From NCBI GenBank assembly GCA_964057225.1, contig OZ059899.1, positions 19,220,001-19,284,000 on the forward strand: a stretch of 64,000 bases of DNA, given 5' to 3'. The notes under the pieces are model-generated. The model was given only the letters and a program-made list of their open reading frames with translations. It did not search any database and was not told the origin of the DNA. A program made the translations under genes and the position numbers. This document shows, in pieces, positions 12,321-27,632 of the stretch. This DNA is from Auanema rhodensis (lineage: Eukaryota > Animalia > Nematoda). The first letter of the stretch is position 1, and every line of letters starts with the position of its first letter.

Positions 12321-15300
12321 CTTCACGTGAAAGATAAAGAGATGCGGTTTTCAAAATTAGATTCCCCATGTCCATATTAGTCTAAAAACAAATTTTTATT
12401 GATATTGGTGCATGGTAACCATGACTTTGAAATTTACGTGAACTTTAATTTATGCTACATAAATGTACACGTGATGTGCACTTGGTATGTAACTCGCTTC
12501 ACGTGAAAGATAAAAAGATGCGCTTTTTAAAATTAGATTCCCCATGTCCATATTAGTCTAAAAACAATTTTTTACTGATATTGGTGCATGGTAACCATGA
12601 CTTTGAAATTTACGTGAACTTTAATTTATGCTAATTAAACGTACACGTGGTGTGCACTCGGTATGTAACTCGCTTCACGTGTAAGATAAAGAGATGCGGT
12701 TTTCAAAATTAGATTCCCCATGTCCATATTAGTCTGAAAACAAATTTTTATTGATATTGGTGCATGGTAACCATGACTTTGAAATTTACGTGAACTTTAA
12801 TTTATGCTAATTAAACGTACACGTGGTGTGCACTCGGTATGTAACTAGCTTCACGTGTAAGATAAAGAGATGCGGTTTTCAAAATTAGATTCCCCATGTC
12901 CATATTAGTCTAAAAACAAATTTTTATTGATATTGGTGCATGGTAACCATGACTTTGAAATTTACGTGAACTTTAATTTATGCTAATTAAATGTACACGT
13001 GGTGTGCACTCGGTATGTAACTCGCTTCACGTGAAAGATAAAGAGATGCAGTTATCAAAATTAGATTCCCCATGTCCATATTAGTCTAAAAACAAATTTT
13101 TATTGATATTGGTGCATGGTAACCATGACTTTGAAATTTACGTGAACTTTAATTTATGCTAATTAAACGTACACGTGGTGTGCACTCGGTATGTAACTCG
13201 CTTCACGTGAAAGATAAAGAGATGCGGTTCTCAAAATTAGATTCCCCATGTCCATATTAGTCTAAAAACAAATTTTTTTTGATATTGGTGTATGGTAACC
13301 ATGATTTTGAAATTTACGTGAACTTTAATTTATGCTAATTAAACGTACACGTGGTGTGCACTCGGTATGTAATTCGCTTCACGTGACAGATAAAGAGATG
13401 CGGTTTTCAAAATTAGATTCTTCATGTCCATATTAGTCTAAAAACAATTTTTTACTGATATTGGTGCATGGTAACCATGATTTTGAAATTTACGTGAACT
13501 TTAATTTATGCTAATTAAACGTACACGTGATGTGCACTTGGTATGTAACTCGCTTCACGTGAAAGATAAAGAGATGCTGTTTTTAAAATTAGATTCCCCA
13601 TGTCCATATTAGTCTAAAAACAAATTTTTATTGATATTGGTGCATGGTAACCATGACTTTGAAATTTACGTGAACTTTAATTTATGCTAATTAAACGTAC
13701 ACGTGGTGTGCACTCGGTATGTAACTCGCTTCACGTGAAAGATAAAGAGATGCGGTTTTCAAAATTAGATTCCCCATGTCCATATTAGTCTAAAAACAAA
13801 TTTTTATTGATATTGGTGCATGGTAACCATGACTTTGAAATTTACGTGAACTTTAATTTATGCTAATTAAACGTACACGTGGTGTGCACTCGGTATGTAA
13901 CTCGCTTCACGTGAAAGATAAAAAGATGCGGTTTTCAAAATTAGATTCCCCATGTCCATATTAGTCTAAAAACAAATTTTTTTTGATATTGGTGCATGGT
14001 AACCATGACTTTGAAATTTACGTGAACTTTAATTTATGCTACATAAATGTACACGTGATATGCACTTGGTATGTAACTCGCTTCACGTGAAAGATAAAGA
14101 GATGCAGTTATCAAAATTAGATTCCCCATGTCCATATTAGTCTAAAAACAAATTTTTATTGATATTGGTGCATGGTAACCATGACTTTGAAATTTACGTG
14201 AACTTTAATTTATGCTAATTAAATGTACACGTGGTGTGCACTCGGTATGTAACTCGCTTCACGTGAAAGATAAAGAGATGCAGTTATCAAAATTAGATTC
14301 CCCATGTCCATATTAGTCTAAAAACAAATTTTTATTGATATTGGTGCATGGTAACCATGACTTTGAAAATTACGTGAACTTTAATTTATGCTAATTAAAC
14401 GTACACGTGATGTGCACTTGGTATGTAACTCGCTTCACGTGAAAGATAAAGAGATGCGGTTTTTAAAATTAGATTCCGCATGTCCATATTAGTCTAAAAA
14501 CAATTTTTTACTGATATTGGTGCATGGTAACCATGATTTTGAAATTTACGTGAACTTTAATTTATGCTAATTAAACGTACACGTGGTGTGCACTCGGTAT
14601 GTAACTCGCTTCACGTGAAAGATAAAGAGATGCGGTTTTCAAAATTAGATTCCCCATGTCCATATTAGTCTAAAAACAAATTTTTATTGATATTGGTGCA
14701 TGGTAACCATGACTTTGAAATTTACGTGAACTTTAATTTATGCTAATTAAACGTACACGTGGTGTGCACTCGGTATGTAACTCGCTTCACGTGAAAGATA
14801 AAGAGATGCGGTTCTCAAAATTAGATTCCCCATGTCCATATTAGTCTAAAAACAAATTTTTTTTGATATTGGTGTATGGTAACCATGATTTTGAAATTTA
14901 CGTGAACTTTAATTTATGCTAATTAAACGTACACGTTGTGTGCACTCGGTATGTAATTCGCTTTACGTGACAGATAAAGAGATGCGGTTTTCAAAATTAG
15001 ATTCTTCATGTCCATATTAGTCTAAAAACAATTTTTTACTGATATTGGTGCATGGTAACCATGATTTTGAAATTTACGTGAACTTTAATTTATGCTAATT
15101 AAACGTACACGTGATGTGCACTTGGTATGTAACTCGCTTCACGTGAAAGATAAAGAGATGCGGTTTTTAAAATTAGATTCCCCATGTCCATATTAGTCTA
15201 AAAACAAATTTTTATTGATATTGGTGCATGGTAACCATGACTTTGAAATTTACGTGAACTTTAATTTATGCTAATTAAACGTACACGTGGTGTGCACTCG

Positions 15301-18300
15301 GTATGTAACTCGCTTCACGTGAAAGATAAAGAGATGCGGTTTTCAAAATTAGATTCCCCATGTCCATATTAGTCTAAAAACAAATTTTTTTTGATATTGG
15401 TGCATGGTAACCATGACTTTGAATTTTACGTGAACTTTAATTTATGCTAATTAAACGTACACGTGGTGTGCACTCGGTATGTAACTCGCTTCACGTGAAA
15501 GATAAAGAGATGCGGTTTTCAAAATTAGATTCCCCATGTCCATATTAGTCTAAAAACAAATTTTTTTTGATATTGGTGCATGGTAACCATGATTTTGAAA
15601 TTTACGTGAACTTTAATTTATGCTAATTAAATGTACACGTGATGTGCACTCGGTATGTAACTCGCTTCACGTGAAAGATAAAAAGATGCGGTTTTCAAAA
15701 TTAGATTCCCCATGTCCATATTAGTCTAAAAACAAATTTTTTTTGATATTGGTGCATGGTAACCATGACTTTGAATTTTACGTGAACTTTAATTTATGCT
15801 AATTAAACGTACACGTGGTGTGCACTCGGTATGTAACTCGCTTCACGTGAAAGATAAAGAGATGCGGTTTTCAAAATTAGATTCCCCATGTCCATATTAG
15901 TCTAAAAACAAATTTTTATTGATATTGGTGCATGGTAACCATGACTTTGAAATTTACGTGAACTTTAATTTATGCTACATAAATGTACACGTGATGTGCA
16001 CTTGGTATGTAACTCGCTTCACGTGAAAGATAAAAAGATGCGCTTTTTAAAATTAGATTCCCCATGTCCATATTAGTCTAAAAACAATTTTTTACTGATA
16101 TTGGTGCATGGTAACCATGACTTTGAAATTTACGTGAACTTTAATTTATGCTAATTAAACGTACACGTGGTGTGCACTCGGTATGTAACTCGCTTCACGT
16201 GTAAGATAAAGAGATGCGGTTTTCAAAATTAGATTCCCCATGTCCATATTAGTCTGAAAACAAATTTTTATTGATATTGGTGCATGGTAACCATGACTTT
16301 GAAATTTACGTGAACTTTAATTTATGCTAATTAAACGTACACGTGGTGTGCACTCGGTATGTAACTAGCTTCACGTGTAAGATAAAGAGATGCGGTTTTC
16401 AAAATTAGATTCCCCATGTCCATATTAGTCTAAAAACAAATTTTTATTGATATTGGTGCATGGTAACCATGATTTTGAAATTTACGTAAACTTTAATTTA
16501 TGCTAATTAAATGTACACGTGGTGTGCACTCGGTATGTAACTCGCTTCACGTGAAAGATAAAGAGATGCAGTTATCAAAATTAGATTCCCCATGTCCATA
16601 TTAGTCTAAAAACAAATTTTTATTGATATTGGTGCATGGTAACCATGACTTTGAAATTTACGTGAACTTTATTTTATGCTAATTAAATGTACACGTGGTG
16701 TGCACTCGGTATGTAACTCGCTTCACGTGAAAGATAAAGAGATGCAGTTATCAAAATTAGATTCCCCATGTCCATATTAGTCTAAAAACAAATTTTTATT
16801 GATATTGGTGCATGGTAACCATGACTTTGAAATTTACGTGAACTTTAATTTATGCTAATTAAACGTACACGTGGTGTGCACTCGGTATGTAACTCGCTTC
16901 ACGTGAAAGATAAAGAGATGCGGTTCTCAAAATTAGATTCCCCATGTCCATATTAGTCTAAAAACAAATTTTTTTTGATATTGGTGTATGGTAACCATGA
17001 TTTTGAAATTTACGTGAACTTTAATTTATGCTAATTAAACGTACACGTGGTGTGCACTCGGTATGTAATTCGCTTCACGTGACAGATAAAGAGATGCGGT
17101 TTTCAAAATTAGATTCTTCATGTCCATATTAGTCTAAAAACAATTTTTTACTGATATTGGTGCATGGTAACCATGATTTTGAAATTTACGTGAACTTTAA
17201 TTTATGCTAATTAAACGTACACGTGATGTGCACTTGGTATGTAACTCGCTTCACGTGAAAGATAAAGAGATGCGGTTTTTAAAATTAGATTCCCCATGTC
17301 CATATTAGTCTAAAAACAAATTTTTATTGATATTGGTGCATGGTAACCATGACTTTGAAATTTACGTGAACTTTAATTTATGCTAATTAAACGTACACGT
17401 GGTGTGCACTCGGTATGTAACTCGCTTCACGTGAAAGATAAAGAGATGCGGTTTTCAAAATTAGATTCCCCATGTCCATATTAGTCTAAAAACAAATTTT
17501 TATTGATATTGGTGCATGGTAACCATGACTTTGAAATTTACGTGAACTTTAATTTATGCTAATTAAACGTACACGTGGTGTGCACTCGGTATGTAACTCG
17601 CTTCACGTGAAAGATAAAGAGATGCGGTTTTCAAAATTAGATTCCCCATGTCCATATTAGTCTAAAAACAATTTTTTTTTGATATTGGTGCATGGTAACC
17701 ATGACTTTGAAATTTACGTGAACTTTAATTTATGCTAATTAAACGTACACGTGGTGTGCACTCGGTATGTAACTCGCTTCACGTGAAAGATAAAGAGATG
17801 CGGTTTTCAAAATTAGATTCCCCATGTCCATATTAGTCTAAAAACAAATTTTTTTTGATATTGGTGCATGGTAACCATGATTTTGAAATTTACGTGAACT
17901 TTAATTTATGCTAATTAAATGTACACGTGATGTGCACTCGGTATGTAACTCGCTTCACGTGAAAGATAAAAAGATGCGGTTTTCAAAATTAGATTCCCCA
18001 TGTCCATATTAGTCTAAAAACAAATTTTTTTTGATATTGGTGCATGGTAACCATGACTTTGAATTTTACGTGAACTTTAATTTATGCTAATTAAACGTAC
18101 ACGTGGTGTGCACTCGGTATGTAACTCGCTTCACGTGAAAGATAAAGAGATGCGGTTTTCAAAATTAGATTCCCCATGTCCATATTAGTCTAAAAACAAA
18201 TTTTTATTGATATTGGTGCATGGTAACCATGACTTTGAAATTTACGTGAACTTTAATTTATGCTACATAAATGTACACGTGATATGCACTTGGTATGTAA

Positions 18301-21300
18301 CTCGCTTCACGTGAAAGATAAAGAGATGCAGTTATCAAAATTAGATTCCCCATGTCCATATTAGTCTAAAAACAAATTTTTATTGATATTGGTGCATGGT
18401 AACCATGACTTTGAAATTTACGTGAACTTTAATTTATGCTAATTAAATGTACACGTGGTGTGCACTCGGTATGTAACTCGCTTCACGTGAAAGATAAAGA
18501 GATGCAGTTATCAAAATTAGATTCCCCATGTCCATATTAGTCTAAAAACAAATTTTTATTGATATTGGTGCATGGTAACCATGACTTTGAAATTTACGTG
18601 AACTTTAATTTATGCTAATTAAACGTACACGTGATGTGCACTTGGTATGTAACTCGCTTCACGTGAAAGATAAAGAGATGCGGTTTTTAAAATTAGATTC
18701 CGCATGTCCATATTAGTCTAAAAACAATTTTTTACTGATATTGGTGCATGGTAACCATGATTTTGAAATTTACGTGAACTTTAATTTATGCTAATTAAAC
18801 GTACACGTGGTGTGCACTCGGTATGTAACTCGCTTCACGTGAAAGATAAAGAGATGCGGTTTTCAAAATTAGATTCCCCATGTCCATATTAGTCTAAAAA
18901 CAAATTTTTATTGATATTGGTGCATGGTAACCATGACTTTGAAATTTACGTGAACTTTAATTTATGCTAATTAAACGTACACGTGGTGTGCACTCGGTAT
19001 GTAACTCGCTTCACGTGAAAGATAAAGAGATGCGGTTCTCAAAATTAGATTCCCCATGTCCATATTAGTCTAAAAACAAATTTTTTTTGATATTGGTGTA
19101 TGGTAACCATGATTTTGAAATTTACGTGAACTTTAATTTATGCTAATTAAACGTACACGTTGTGTGCACTCGGTATGTAATTCGCTTTACGTGACAGATA
19201 AAGAGATGCGGTTTTCAAAATTAGATTCTTCATGTCCATATTAGTCTAAAAACAATTTTTTACTGATATTGGTGCATGGTAACCATGATTTTGAAATTTA
19301 CGTGAACTTTAATTTATGCTAATTAAACGTACACGTGATGTGCACTTGGTATGTAACTCGCTTCACGTGAAAGATAAAGAGATGCGGTTTTTAAAATTAG
19401 ATTCCCCATGTCCATATTAGTCTAAAAACAAATTTTTATTGATATTGGTGCATGGTAACCATGACTTTGAAATTTACGTGAACTTTAATTTATGCTAATT
19501 AAACGTACACGTGGTGTGCACTCGGTATGTAACTCGCTTCACGTGAAAGATAAAGAGATGCGGTTTTCAAAATTAGATTCCCCATGTCCATATTAGTCTA
19601 AAAACAAATTTTTTTTGATATTGGTGCATGGTAACCATGACTTTGAATTTTACGTGAACTTTAATTTATGCTAATTAAACGTACACGTGGTGTGCACTCG
19701 GTATGTAACTCGCTTCACGTGAAAGATAAAGAGATGCGGTTTTCAAAATTAGATTCCCCATGTCCATATTAGTCTAAAAACAAATTTTTTTTGATATTGG
19801 TGCATGGTAACCATGATTTTGAAATTTACGTGAACTTTAATTTATGCTAATTAAATGTACACGTGATGTGCACTCGGTATGTAACTCGCTTCACGTGAAA
19901 GATAAAAAGATGCGGTTTTCAAAATTAGATTCCCCATGTCCATATTAGTCTAAAAACAAATTTTTTTTGATATTGGTGCATGGTAACCATGACTTTGAAT
20001 TTTACGTGAACTTTAATTTATGCTAATTAAACGTACACGTGGTGTGCACTCGGTATGTAACTCGCTTCACGTGAAAGATAAAGAGATGCGGTTTCCAAAA
20101 TTAGATTCCCCATGTCCATATTAGTCTAAAAACAAATTTTTATTGATATTGGTGCATGGTAACCATGACTTTGAAATTTACGTGAACTTTAATTTATGCT
20201 ACATAAATGTACACGTGATGTGCACTTGGTATGTAACTCGCTTCACGTGAAAGATAAAAAGATGCGCTTTTTAAAATTAGATTCCCCATGTCCATATTAG
20301 TCTAAAAACAATTTTTTACTGATATTGGTGCATGGTAACCATGACTTTGAAATTTACGTGAACTTTAATTTATGCTAATTAAACGTACACGTGGTGTGCA
20401 CTCGGTATGTAACTAGCTTCACGTGTAAGATAAAGAGATGCGGTTTTCAAAATTAGATTCCCCATGTCCATATTAGTCTGAAAACAAATTTTTATTGATA
20501 TTGGTGCATGGTAACCATGACTTTGAAATTTACGTGAACTTTAATTTATGCTAATTAAACGTACACGTGGTGTGCACTCGGTATGTAACTAGCTTCACGT
20601 GTAAGATAAAGAGATGCGGTTTTCAAAATTAGATTCCCCATGTCCATATTAGTCTAAAAACAAATTTTTATTGATATTGGTGCATGGTAACCATGATTTT
20701 GAAATTTACGTGAACTTTAATTTATGCTAATTAAATGTACACGTGATGTGCACTCGGTATGTAACTCGCTTCACGTGAAAGATAAAAAGATGCGGTTTTC
20801 AAAATTAGATTCCCCATGTCCATATTAGTCTAAAAACAAATTTTTATTGATATTGGTGCATGGTAACCATGACTTTGAAATTTACGTGAACTTTAATTTA
20901 TGCTACATAAATGTACACGTGATGTGCACTTGGTATGTAACTCGCTTCACGTGAAAGATAAAGAGATGCGGTTTTCAAAATTAGATTCCCCATGTCCATA
21001 TTAGTCTGAAAACAAATTTTTATTGATATTGGTGCATGGTAACCATGACTTTGAAATTTACGTGAACTTTAATTTATGCTAATTAAACGTACACGTGGTG
21101 TGCACTCGGTATGTAACTAGCTTCACGTGTAAGATAAAGAGATGCGGTTTTCAAAATTAGATTCCCCATGTCCATATTAGTCTAAAAACAAATTTTTATT
21201 GATATTGGTGCATGGTAACCATGATTTTGAAATTTACGTGAACTTTAATTTATGCTACATAAATGTACACGTGATGTGCACTTGGTATGTAACTCGCTTC

Positions 21301-23232
21301 ACGTGAAAGATAAAGAGATGCGGTTTTCAAAATTAGATTCCCCATGTCCATATTAGTCTGAAAACAAATTTTTATTGATATTGGTGCATGGTAACCATGA
21401 CTTTGAAATTTACGTGAACTTTAATTTATGCTAATTAAACGTACACGTGGTGTGCACTCGGTATGTAACTAGCTTCACGTGTAAGATAAAGAGATGCGGT
21501 TTTCAAAATTAGATTCCCCATGTCCATATTAGTCTGAAAACAAATTTTTATTGATATTGGTGCATGGTAACCATGACTTTGAAATTTACGTGAACTTTAA
21601 TTTATGCTACATAAATGTACACGTGATGTGCACTTGGTATGTAACTCGCTTCACGTGTAAGATAAAGAGATGCGGTTTTCAAAATTAGATTCCCCATGTC
21701 CATATTAGTCTAAAAACAAATTTTTTTTGATATTGGTGCATGGTAACCATGATTTTGAAATTTACGTGAACTTTAATTTATGCTAATTAAATGTACACGT
21801 GATGTGCACTCGGTATGTAACTCGCTTCACGTGAAAGATAAAAAGATGCGGTTTTCAAAATTAGATTCCCCATGTCCATATTAGTCTAAAAACAAATTTT
21901 TTTTGATATTGGTGCATGGTAACCATGACTTTGAATTTTACGTGAACTTTAATTTATGCTAATTAAACGTACACGTGGTGTGCACTCGGTATGTAACTCG
22001 CTTCACGTGAAAGATAAAGAGATGCGGTTTTCAAAATTAGATTCCCCATGTCCATATTAGTCTAAAAACAAATTTTTATTGATATTGGTGCATGGTAACC
22101 ATGACTTTGAAATTTACGTGAACTTTAATTTATGCTACATAAATGTACACGTGATGTGCACTTGGTATGTAACTCGCTTCACGTGAAAGATAAAAAGATG
22201 CGCTTTTTAAAATTAGATTCCCCATGTCCATATTAGTCTAAAAACAAATTTTTATTGATATTGGTGCATGGTAACCATGACTTTGAAATTTACGTGAACT
22301 TTAATTTATGCTACATAAATGTACACGTGATGTGCACTTGGTATGTAACTCGCTTCACGTGAAAGATAAAGAGATGCGGTTTTCAAAATTAGATTCCCCA
22401 TGTCCATATTAGTCTAAAAACAAATTTTTATTGATATTGGTGCATGGTAACCATGATTTTGAAATTTACGTGAACTTTAATTTATGCTAATTAAATGTAC
22501 ACGTGGTGTGCACTCGGTATGTAACTCGCTTCACGTGAAAGATAAAGAGATGCAGTTATCAAAATTAGATTCCCCATGTCCATATTAGTCTAAAAACAAA
22601 TTTTTATTGATATTGGTGCATGGTAACCATGACTTTGAAATTTACGTGAACTTTAATTTATGCTAATTAAATGTACACGTGGTGTGCACTCGGTATGTAA
22701 CTCGCTTCACGTGAAAGATAAAGAGATGCAGTTATCAAAATTAGATTCCCCATGTCCATATTAGTCTAAAAACAAATTTTTATTGATATTGGTGCATGGT
22801 AACCATGACTTTGAAATTTACGTGAACTTTAATTTATGCTAATTAAATGTACACGTGGTGTGCACTCGGTATGTAACTCGCTTCACGTGAAAGATAAAGA
22901 GATGCAGTTATCAAAATTAGATTCCCCATGTCCATATTAGTCTAAAAACAAATTTTTATTGATATTGGTGCATGGTAACCATGACTTTGAAATTTACGTG
23001 AACTTTAATTTATGCTAATTAAACGTACACGTGTTGTGCACTCGGTATGTAACTCGCTTCACGTGGAAGATAAAGAGATGCGGTTTTCAAAATTAGATTC
23101 TTCATGTCCATATTAGTCTAAAAACAATTTTTTACTGATATTGGTGCATGGTAACCATGATTTTGAAATTTACGTGAACTTTAATTTATGCTAATTAAAT
23201 GTACACGTGGTGTGCACTCGGTATGTAACTCG
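12321..23232. repeat. Copy 2 (62 monomers) of the ~11-kb tandem block duplication
   Basis: Same monomer-variant order as 881-12320. The offset steps from 65 to 63 monomers near 13905 and to 62 near 22353. Confidence 0.92.
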
Positions 23233-25872
23233 CTTCACGTGAAAGATAAAGAGATGCGGTTTTCAAAATTAGATTCCCCATGTCCATATTAGTCTAAAAA
23301 CAAATTTTTATTGATATTGGTGCATGGTAACCATGACTTTGAAATTTACGTGAACTTTAATTTATGCTAATTAAACGTACACGTGGTGTGCACTCGGTAT
23401 GTAACTCGCTTCACGTGAAAGATAAAGAGATGCGGTTCTCAAAATTAGATTCCCCATGTCCATATTAGTCTAAAAACAAATTTTTTTTGATATTGGTGTA
23501 TATTAACCATGATTTTGAAATTTACGTGAACTTTAATTTATGCTAATTAAATGTACACGTGGTGTGCACTCGGTATGTAACTCGCTTCACGTGAAAGATA
23601 AGGAGATGCGGTTTTCAAAATTAGATTCCCCATGTCCATATTAGTCTAAAAACAAATTTTTATTGATATTGGTGCATGGTAACCATGACTTTGAATTTTA
23701 CGTGAACTTTAATTTATGCTAATCAAACGTACACGTGGTGTGCATTCGGTATGTAACTCGCTTCACGTGAAAGATAAAGAGATGCGGTTTTCAAAATTAG
23801 ATTCATCATGTCCATATTAGTCTAAAAACAAATTTTTATTGATATTGGTGCATGGTAACCATGATTTTGAAATTTACGTGAACTTTAATTTATGCTAATT
23901 AAACGTACACGTGATGTGCACTTGGTATGTAACTCGCTTCACGTGAAAGATAAAGAGATGCGGTTTTTAAAATTAGATTCCCCATGTCCATATTAGTCTA
24001 AAAACAAATTTTTATTGATATTGGTGCATGGTAACCATGACTTTGAAATTTACGTGAACTTTAATTTATGCTAATTAAACGTACACGTGGTGTGCACTCG
24101 GTATGTAACTCGCTTCACGTGAAAGATAAAGAGATGCGGTTTTCAAAATTAGATTCCCCATGTCCATATTAGTCTAAAAACAAATTTTTTTTGATATTGG
24201 TGCATGGTAACCATGATTTTGAAATTTACGTGAACTTTAATTTATGCTAATTAAATGTACACGTGATGTGCACTCGGTATGTAACTCGCTTCACGTGAAA
24301 GATAAAAAGATGCGGTTTTCAAAATTAGATTCCCCATGTCCATATTAGTCTAAAAACAAATTTTTTTTGATATTGGTGTATGGTAACCATGACTTTGAAT
24401 TTTACGTGAACTTTAATTTATGCTAATTAAACGTACACGTGGTGTGCCCTCGGTATGTAACTCGCTTCACGTGAAAGATAAAGAGATGCGGTTTTCAAAA
24501 TTAGATTCCCCATGTCCATATTAGTCTAAAAACAATTTTTTACTGATATTGGTGCATGGTAACCATGATTTTGAAATTTACGTGAACTTTAATTTATGCT
24601 AATTAAATGTACACGTGGTGTGCACTCGGTATGTAACTCGCTTCACGTGAAAGATAAAGAGATGCGGTTTTCAAAATTAGATTCCCCATGTCCATATTAG
24701 TCTAAAAACAAATTTTTATTGATATTGGTGCATGGTAACCATGACTTTGAAATTTACGTGAACTTTAATTTATGCTAATTAAACGTACACGTGGTGTGCA
24801 CTCGGTATGTAACTCGCTTCACGTGAAAGATAAAGAGATGCGGTTCTCAAAATTAGATTCCCCATGTCCATATTAGTCTAAAAACAAATTTTTTTTGATA
24901 TTGGTGTATGGTAACCATGATTTTGAAATTTACGTGAACTTTAATTTATGCTAATTAAATGTACACGTGGTGTGCACTCGGTATGTAACTCGCTTCACGT
25001 GAAAGATAAGGAGATGCGGTTTTCAAAATTAGATTCCCCATGTCCATATTAGTCTAAAAACAAATTTTTATTGATATTGGTGCATGGTAACCATGACTTT
25101 GAATTTTACGTGAACTTTAATTTATGCTAATCAAACGTACACGTGGTGTGCATTCGGTATGTAACTCGCTTCACGTGAAAGATAAAGAGATACGGTTTTC
25201 AAAATTAGATTCCCCATGTCCATATTAGTCTAAAAACAAATTTTTATTGATATTGGTGCATGGTAACCATGATTTTGAAATTTACGTGAACTTTAATTTA
25301 TGCTAATTAAACGTACACGTGATGTGCACTTGGTATGTAACTCGCTTCACGTGAAAGATAAAGAGATGCGGTTTTTAAAATTAGATTCCCCATGTCCATA
25401 TTAGTCTAAAAACAAATTTTTATTGATATTGGTGCATGGTAACCATGACTTTGAAATTTACGTGAACTTTAATTTATGCTAATTAAACGTACACGTGGTG
25501 TGCACTCGGTATGTAACTCGCTTCACGTGAAAGATAAAGAGATGCGGTTTTCAAAATTAGATTCCCCATGTCCATATTAGTCTAAAAACAAATTTTTTTT
25601 GATATTGGTGCATGGTAACCATGATTTTGAAATTTACGTGAACTTTAATTTATGCTAATTAAATGTACACGTGATGTGCACTCGGTATGTAACTCGCTTC
25701 ACGTGAAAGATAAAAAGATGCGGTTTTCAAAATTAGATTCCCCATGTCCATATTAGTCTAAAAACAAATTTTTTTTGATATTGGTGCATGGTAACCATGA
25801 CTTTGAATTTTACGTGAACTTTAATTTATGCTAATTAAACGTACACGTGGTGTGCACTCGGTATGTAACTCG
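23233..25872. repeat. 8-monomer (1408 bp) tandem duplication
   Basis: The AAGGAGA / AATCAAAC / GCATTCGG monomer starts at 23585 and 24993 (1408 apart), each preceded by a GGTTCTC monomer (23409, 24817) and followed by the same series. Confidence 0.8.
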
Positions 25873-27632
25873 CTTCACGTGAAAGATAAAGAGATGCGGT
25901 TTTCAAAATTAGATTCCCCATGTCCATATTAGTCTAAAAACAAATTTTTATTGATATTGGTGCATGGTAACCATGACTTTGAAATTTACGTGAACTTTAA
26001 TTTATGCTACATAAATGTACACGTGATGTGCACTTGGTATGTAACTCGCTTCACGTGAAAGATAAAAAGATGCGCTTTTTAAAATTAGATTCCCCATGTC
26101 CATATTAGTCTAAAAACAATTTTTTACTGATATTGGTGCATGGTAACCATGACTTTGAAATTTACGTGAACTTTAATTTATGCTAATTAAACGTACACGT
26201 GGTGTGCACTCGGTATGTAACTTGCTTCACGTGTAAGATAAAGAGATGCGGTTTTCAAAATTAGATTCCCCATGTCCATATTAGTCTGAAAACAAATTTT
26301 TATTGATATTGGTGCATGGTAACTATGACTTTGAAATTTACGTGAACTTTAATTTATGCTAATTAAACGTACACGTGGTGTGCACTCGGTATGTAACTAG
26401 CTTCACGTGTAAGATAAAGAGATGCGGTTTTCAAAATTAGATTCCCCATGTCCATATTAGTCTAAAAACAAATTTTTATTGATATTGGTGCATGGTAACC
26501 ATGATTTTGAAATTTACGTGAACTTTAATTTATGCTAATTAAATGTACACGTGGTGTGCACTCGGTATGTAACTCGCTTCACGTGAAAGATAAAGAGATG
26601 CAGTTATCAAAATTAGATTCCCCATGTCCATATTAGTCTAAAAACAAATTTTTATTGATATTGGTGCATGGTAACCATGACTTTGAAATTTACGTGAACT
26701 TTAATTTATGCTAATTAAATGTACACGTGGTGTGCACTCGGTATGTAACTCGCTTCACGTGAAAGATAAAGAGATGCAGTTATCAAAATTAGATTCCCCA
26801 TGTCCATATTAGTCTAAAAACAAATTTTTATTGATATTGGTGCATGGTAACCATGACTTTGAAATTTACGTGAACTTTAATTTATGCTAATTAAACGTAC
26901 ACGTGGTGTGCACTCGGTATGTAACTCGCTTCACGTGAAAGATAAAGAGATGCGGTTCTCAAAATTAGATTCCCCATGTCCATATTAGTCTAAAAACAAA
27001 TTTTTTTTGATATTGGTGTATGGTAACCATGATTTTGAAATTTACGTGAACTTTAATTTATGCTAATTAAACGTACACGTGGTGTGCACTCGGTATGTAA
27101 TTCGCTTCACGTGACAGATAAAGAGATGCGGTTTTCAAAATTAGATTCTTCATGTCCATATTAGTCTAAAAACAATTTTTTACTGATATTGGTGCATGGT
27201 AACCATGATTTTGAAATTTACGTGAACTTTAATTTATGCTAATTAAACGTACACGTGATGTGCACTTGGTATGTAACTCGCTTCACGTGAAAGATAAAGA
27301 GATGCGGTTTTTAAAATTAGATTCCCCATGTCCATATTAGTCTAAAAACAAATTTTTATTGATATTGGTGCATGGTAACCATGACTTTGAAATTTACGTG
27401 AACTTTAATTTATGCTAATTAAACGTACACGTGGTGTGCACTCGGTATGTAACTCGCTTCACGTGAAAGATAAAGAGATGCGGTTTTCAAAATTAGATTC
27501 CCCATGTCCATATTAGTCTAAAAACAAATTTTTATTGATATTGGTGCATGGTAACCATGACTTTGAAATTTACGTGAACTTTAATTTATGCTAATTAAAC
27601 GTACACGTGGTGTGCACTCGGTATGTAACTCG

